Under the pieces are notes generated by a model. That model was given only the letters and a program-made list of their open reading frames with translations. It made no database searches and was not told the origin of the DNA. A DNA stretch of 9,724 bases from Octopus sinensis (lineage: Eukaryota), in assembly GCF_006345805.1 (NCBI RefSeq), contig NW_021827871.1, positions 1-9,724 on the forward strand. The letters run 5' to 3'. Both the position numbers and the translations under genes were made by a program. Position 1 is the first letter of the stretch; each line of letters opens with the position of its first letter. Below, piece by piece: positions 7,595-9,724 of the stretch.

Positions 7595-7918
7595 CAGTAC
7601 AGATATATATATATATATATATATGTGGATTTTAATATAAATATGTATTGCAGTATTTATAACAGGTTTAATTTCTATGCATTAATTTGTACTGTCTTCA
7701 TTAACGGCAATAGGTTTTTTCCTCGGTTTTTTCCTCGGATTTTATAATTTTTATAATTTTTATAAGTTTTTTTATATATATATACATATATTTTTGACCT
7801 TTTGTTTATCGCTCGAAGATTGACCGTTTTTTTTCTAAAGGGCCAATCAAACAAGTCCATTTCTTTTAAAGGTGTCGTTTGTAAGAGTATAGATTGAATT
7901 ATATATATGTTCCATTCT

Positions 7919-7971
7919 AGCAAAAACTGTCTGATGAACGGCAACGAGAACTCAGAGTAACAGATTTTGTT
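7919..7971 (+). ncRNA. Degenerate minimal type I hammerhead ribozyme (Penelope-like element / retrozyme type)
   Basis: AGCAAAAACTGT-CTGATGA-aCG(GCAA)CGa-GA-ACTC(A)GAGT-A-ACAGATTTTGTT. Stem I has 11 pairs with one A.A mismatch; stem II has a GNRA loop; stem III is palindromic; cleavage triplet GUA. GAAA lacks one A and the 10.1-11.1 pair is broken. Confidence 0.62.
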
Positions 7972-8205
7972 GAATTTTCTGCTGCTTAAAATAAAGTATA
8001 TATATATATATATATATATAGCTGTTATTTCTAGCCGGCCATGTGTCCAAGTATCTCGTTAATACAATCGTGTATTCGAAAAGGCGAAATAGAGAAAGAC
8101 AAGTCACTCATAATTGGAAACTGACAATATTGATTGCGTATAATAATAGAGAAAAACTTGGGAGGGAGAGGAAGGGTAAGAGAGAGATGGAAGAGACAGA
8201 GGATG

Positions 8206-8420
8206 GATGTATATATATATGTACATATATATATGTGTATATATATATATATATATATACAATAGACAGAGAAACAAGTGACAGGGAAGAAAGGTGTTTG
8301 TTAAACGAACACAAATAGTTAAGTCTTAGTTGATTGCCTAAATCACTGAGTATTTGTGTGTGTATGTCTGTGTGTGTGTGTGTGTGTGCATGTGTATGTG
8401 TGTGTCTGTGTGTGTGTATC
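8206..8420. repeat. (TA)n (8210-8259) and (TG)n (8356-8417) microsatellites
   Basis: Directly visible. Confidence 0.93.
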
Positions 8421-8705
8421 CTCATTGCTTATGCCCATGTGATTATGAATGGATGTATGAGTGCGTGCATTGGTCTTACACGGTTTGCTTACGTGAATAT
8501 GATTTGTGTGTTTGTGTATGGAAGAAAGGAATTTGTCCTGATAAATATCGTTTGTCTTGAGTGGTTGATTGAAGGAAATAGGAGGAGGAACAGGAATGAC
8601 ATCTGCGTCGAGAAAGCAAGGGAGCGAACGGGGAAAGACGGAGAAAGAAAAACGTAAGCGTTGACAGATTGACAAACGTTGAACGATGGCTAGAGGGAGG
8701 GGAAC

Positions 8706-8825
8706 GAGAAAGAAAATGAAGGAGAGGTAGTCTGGAATAAACACACACATACATACACACAAGCGTGTGTGCGTGCGGGGGGGGGGTTATTCCAGACTAC
8801 CTATCCTTAGTTTCCTTTTCTCTCT
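8706..8825. repeat. Inverted repeat / long hairpin
   Basis: 8719-8740 AAGGAGAGGTAGTCTGGAATAA vs 8787-8808 TTATTCCAGACTACCTATCCTT are 21/22 complementary; inner ACACAC-aagc-GTGTGT also pairs. Confidence 0.92.
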
Positions 8826-8830
8826 ATATA

Positions 8831-9010
8831 TTTAACTTGCTTCAATCACATGTCTCTGGCCATGCTGGGGCACTACCTTGATGGGTTTTTAATCAAGCAA
8901 ATCGACTCCAGGACTTATTTTTGAAGCCTAGAATTTATTCTATCAAGCACTTTTTGCCGAACCGCTATATTATGGAGACGTAAACACAGCAACACCGTTT
9001 ATCAAACGGT
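8831..9010 (-). mobile_element. Family A SINE 3' module, older subfamily, copy A4
   Basis: Reverse complement of TTGA..AC.G.TG.TG..GTGTTTACGTC...GATAGAATAA...AATAAGTCCTGG.GTCGATTTGCT...CCAGCATGGCC; abuts (TA)n at 9011-9048. Confidence 0.88.
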
Positions 9011-9262
9011 ATGTGTATATAGGTGTATATATATATATATATATATATCACCACTGATTCTGTTGCCAAGCCAATCCTTGGCGCGCTCTGTTTCTTCTCC
9101 CCTCTTTAATTCCTTCTTTCCCCCCCCTTGGTGCCTTTGTCCCTCTTTCTCTCTCTCTCTTTAATTCCTTTTCCCTCTGGTTTTCTCTCTCTTCTTCTCT
9201 CCTCTCACGTGACCGCCGCCACGACAACACCGTTTTCTTCGTCTGCCGCAAAGGCATTTATT

Positions 9263-9440
9263 TTGACAACCGATGCTGGAGTGTTTACGTCCCCGTAACT
9301 TAGCGGTTCGCCAAAAGAAACCGATAGAATAACTACTAAGCTTACAAAGAATAAGTCCTGGGGTCGATTTGCTCGACTAAAGGCGGTGCTCCAGCATGGC
9401 CACAGTCAAATGACTGAAACAGATAAAAGAGAGTAAGAGT
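9263..9440 (+). mobile_element. Family A SINE 3' module, young 5'-truncated copy A5
   Basis: Nearly identical to 244-410 and 7419-7590. Confidence 0.93.
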
Positions 9441-9546
9441 ATATATATATATATATACATACATACATCTATACATACATGCATACGTACACACCTACAT
9501 GCATGTCTACATATATGCATGTCTGTATATATGTGTGTGTGTGTGT
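9441..9546. repeat. (TA)/(TACA)/(TG) compound microsatellite
   Basis: Directly visible. Confidence 0.92.
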
Positions 9547-9724
9547 GAGGACAAAGACCGAGAGAGAATTTGGAGACAGACTTAGATCGTGAACACCCAC
9601 CATGACCCCCACTACTCATTTTTCTGCCCCTTTCTCTCGCTTTCTCTCTCCCCCATCTCTCTCTCTCTCTCTCTCTCCTTTCTCACCTATTTTGTCTTCC
9701 TCTCCGTAGTGTGTGGATTGTCTA

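Noticed and set aside
7704-7770. Short tandem duplications (GGTTTTTTCCTC x2; TTTATAATT x3)
   Set aside because: Ordinary slippage in AT-rich DNA.
7675-8762. Several 68-139 aa ORFs
   Set aside because: Dominated by TA/TG/GA repeats with no recognisable motifs.

Overview
Repeat-saturated, non-coding animal DNA (intronic or intergenic), most likely octopus (coleoid cephalopod). The species call is inferred from recalled SINE family sequences and the extreme microsatellite density. No intact protein-coding gene is supported: the ORF-track hits are mostly microsatellite or SINE read-throughs. The window holds three tRNA-headed SINE families (A: 5 copies plus 2 tail fragments; B: 3 copies; C: 1 copy). 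It also holds a decayed RTE-clade LINE C-terminal fragment (4051-4339), a short mariner transposase fragment (HDNARPH, 3414-3483), and a probable R4/Dong LINE 3' UTR inside (TAA)n. The most interesting unannotated signals are two degenerate type I hammerhead-ribozyme-like folds (7919-7971 +, 1366-1413 -), a ~120-nt near-symmetric hairpin (8706-8825), a close inverted SINE pair (candidate dsRNA/ADAR substrate), a duplicated 60-bp exon-like cassette behind (CT)n tracts, and a hidden 15/60-bp minisatellite.
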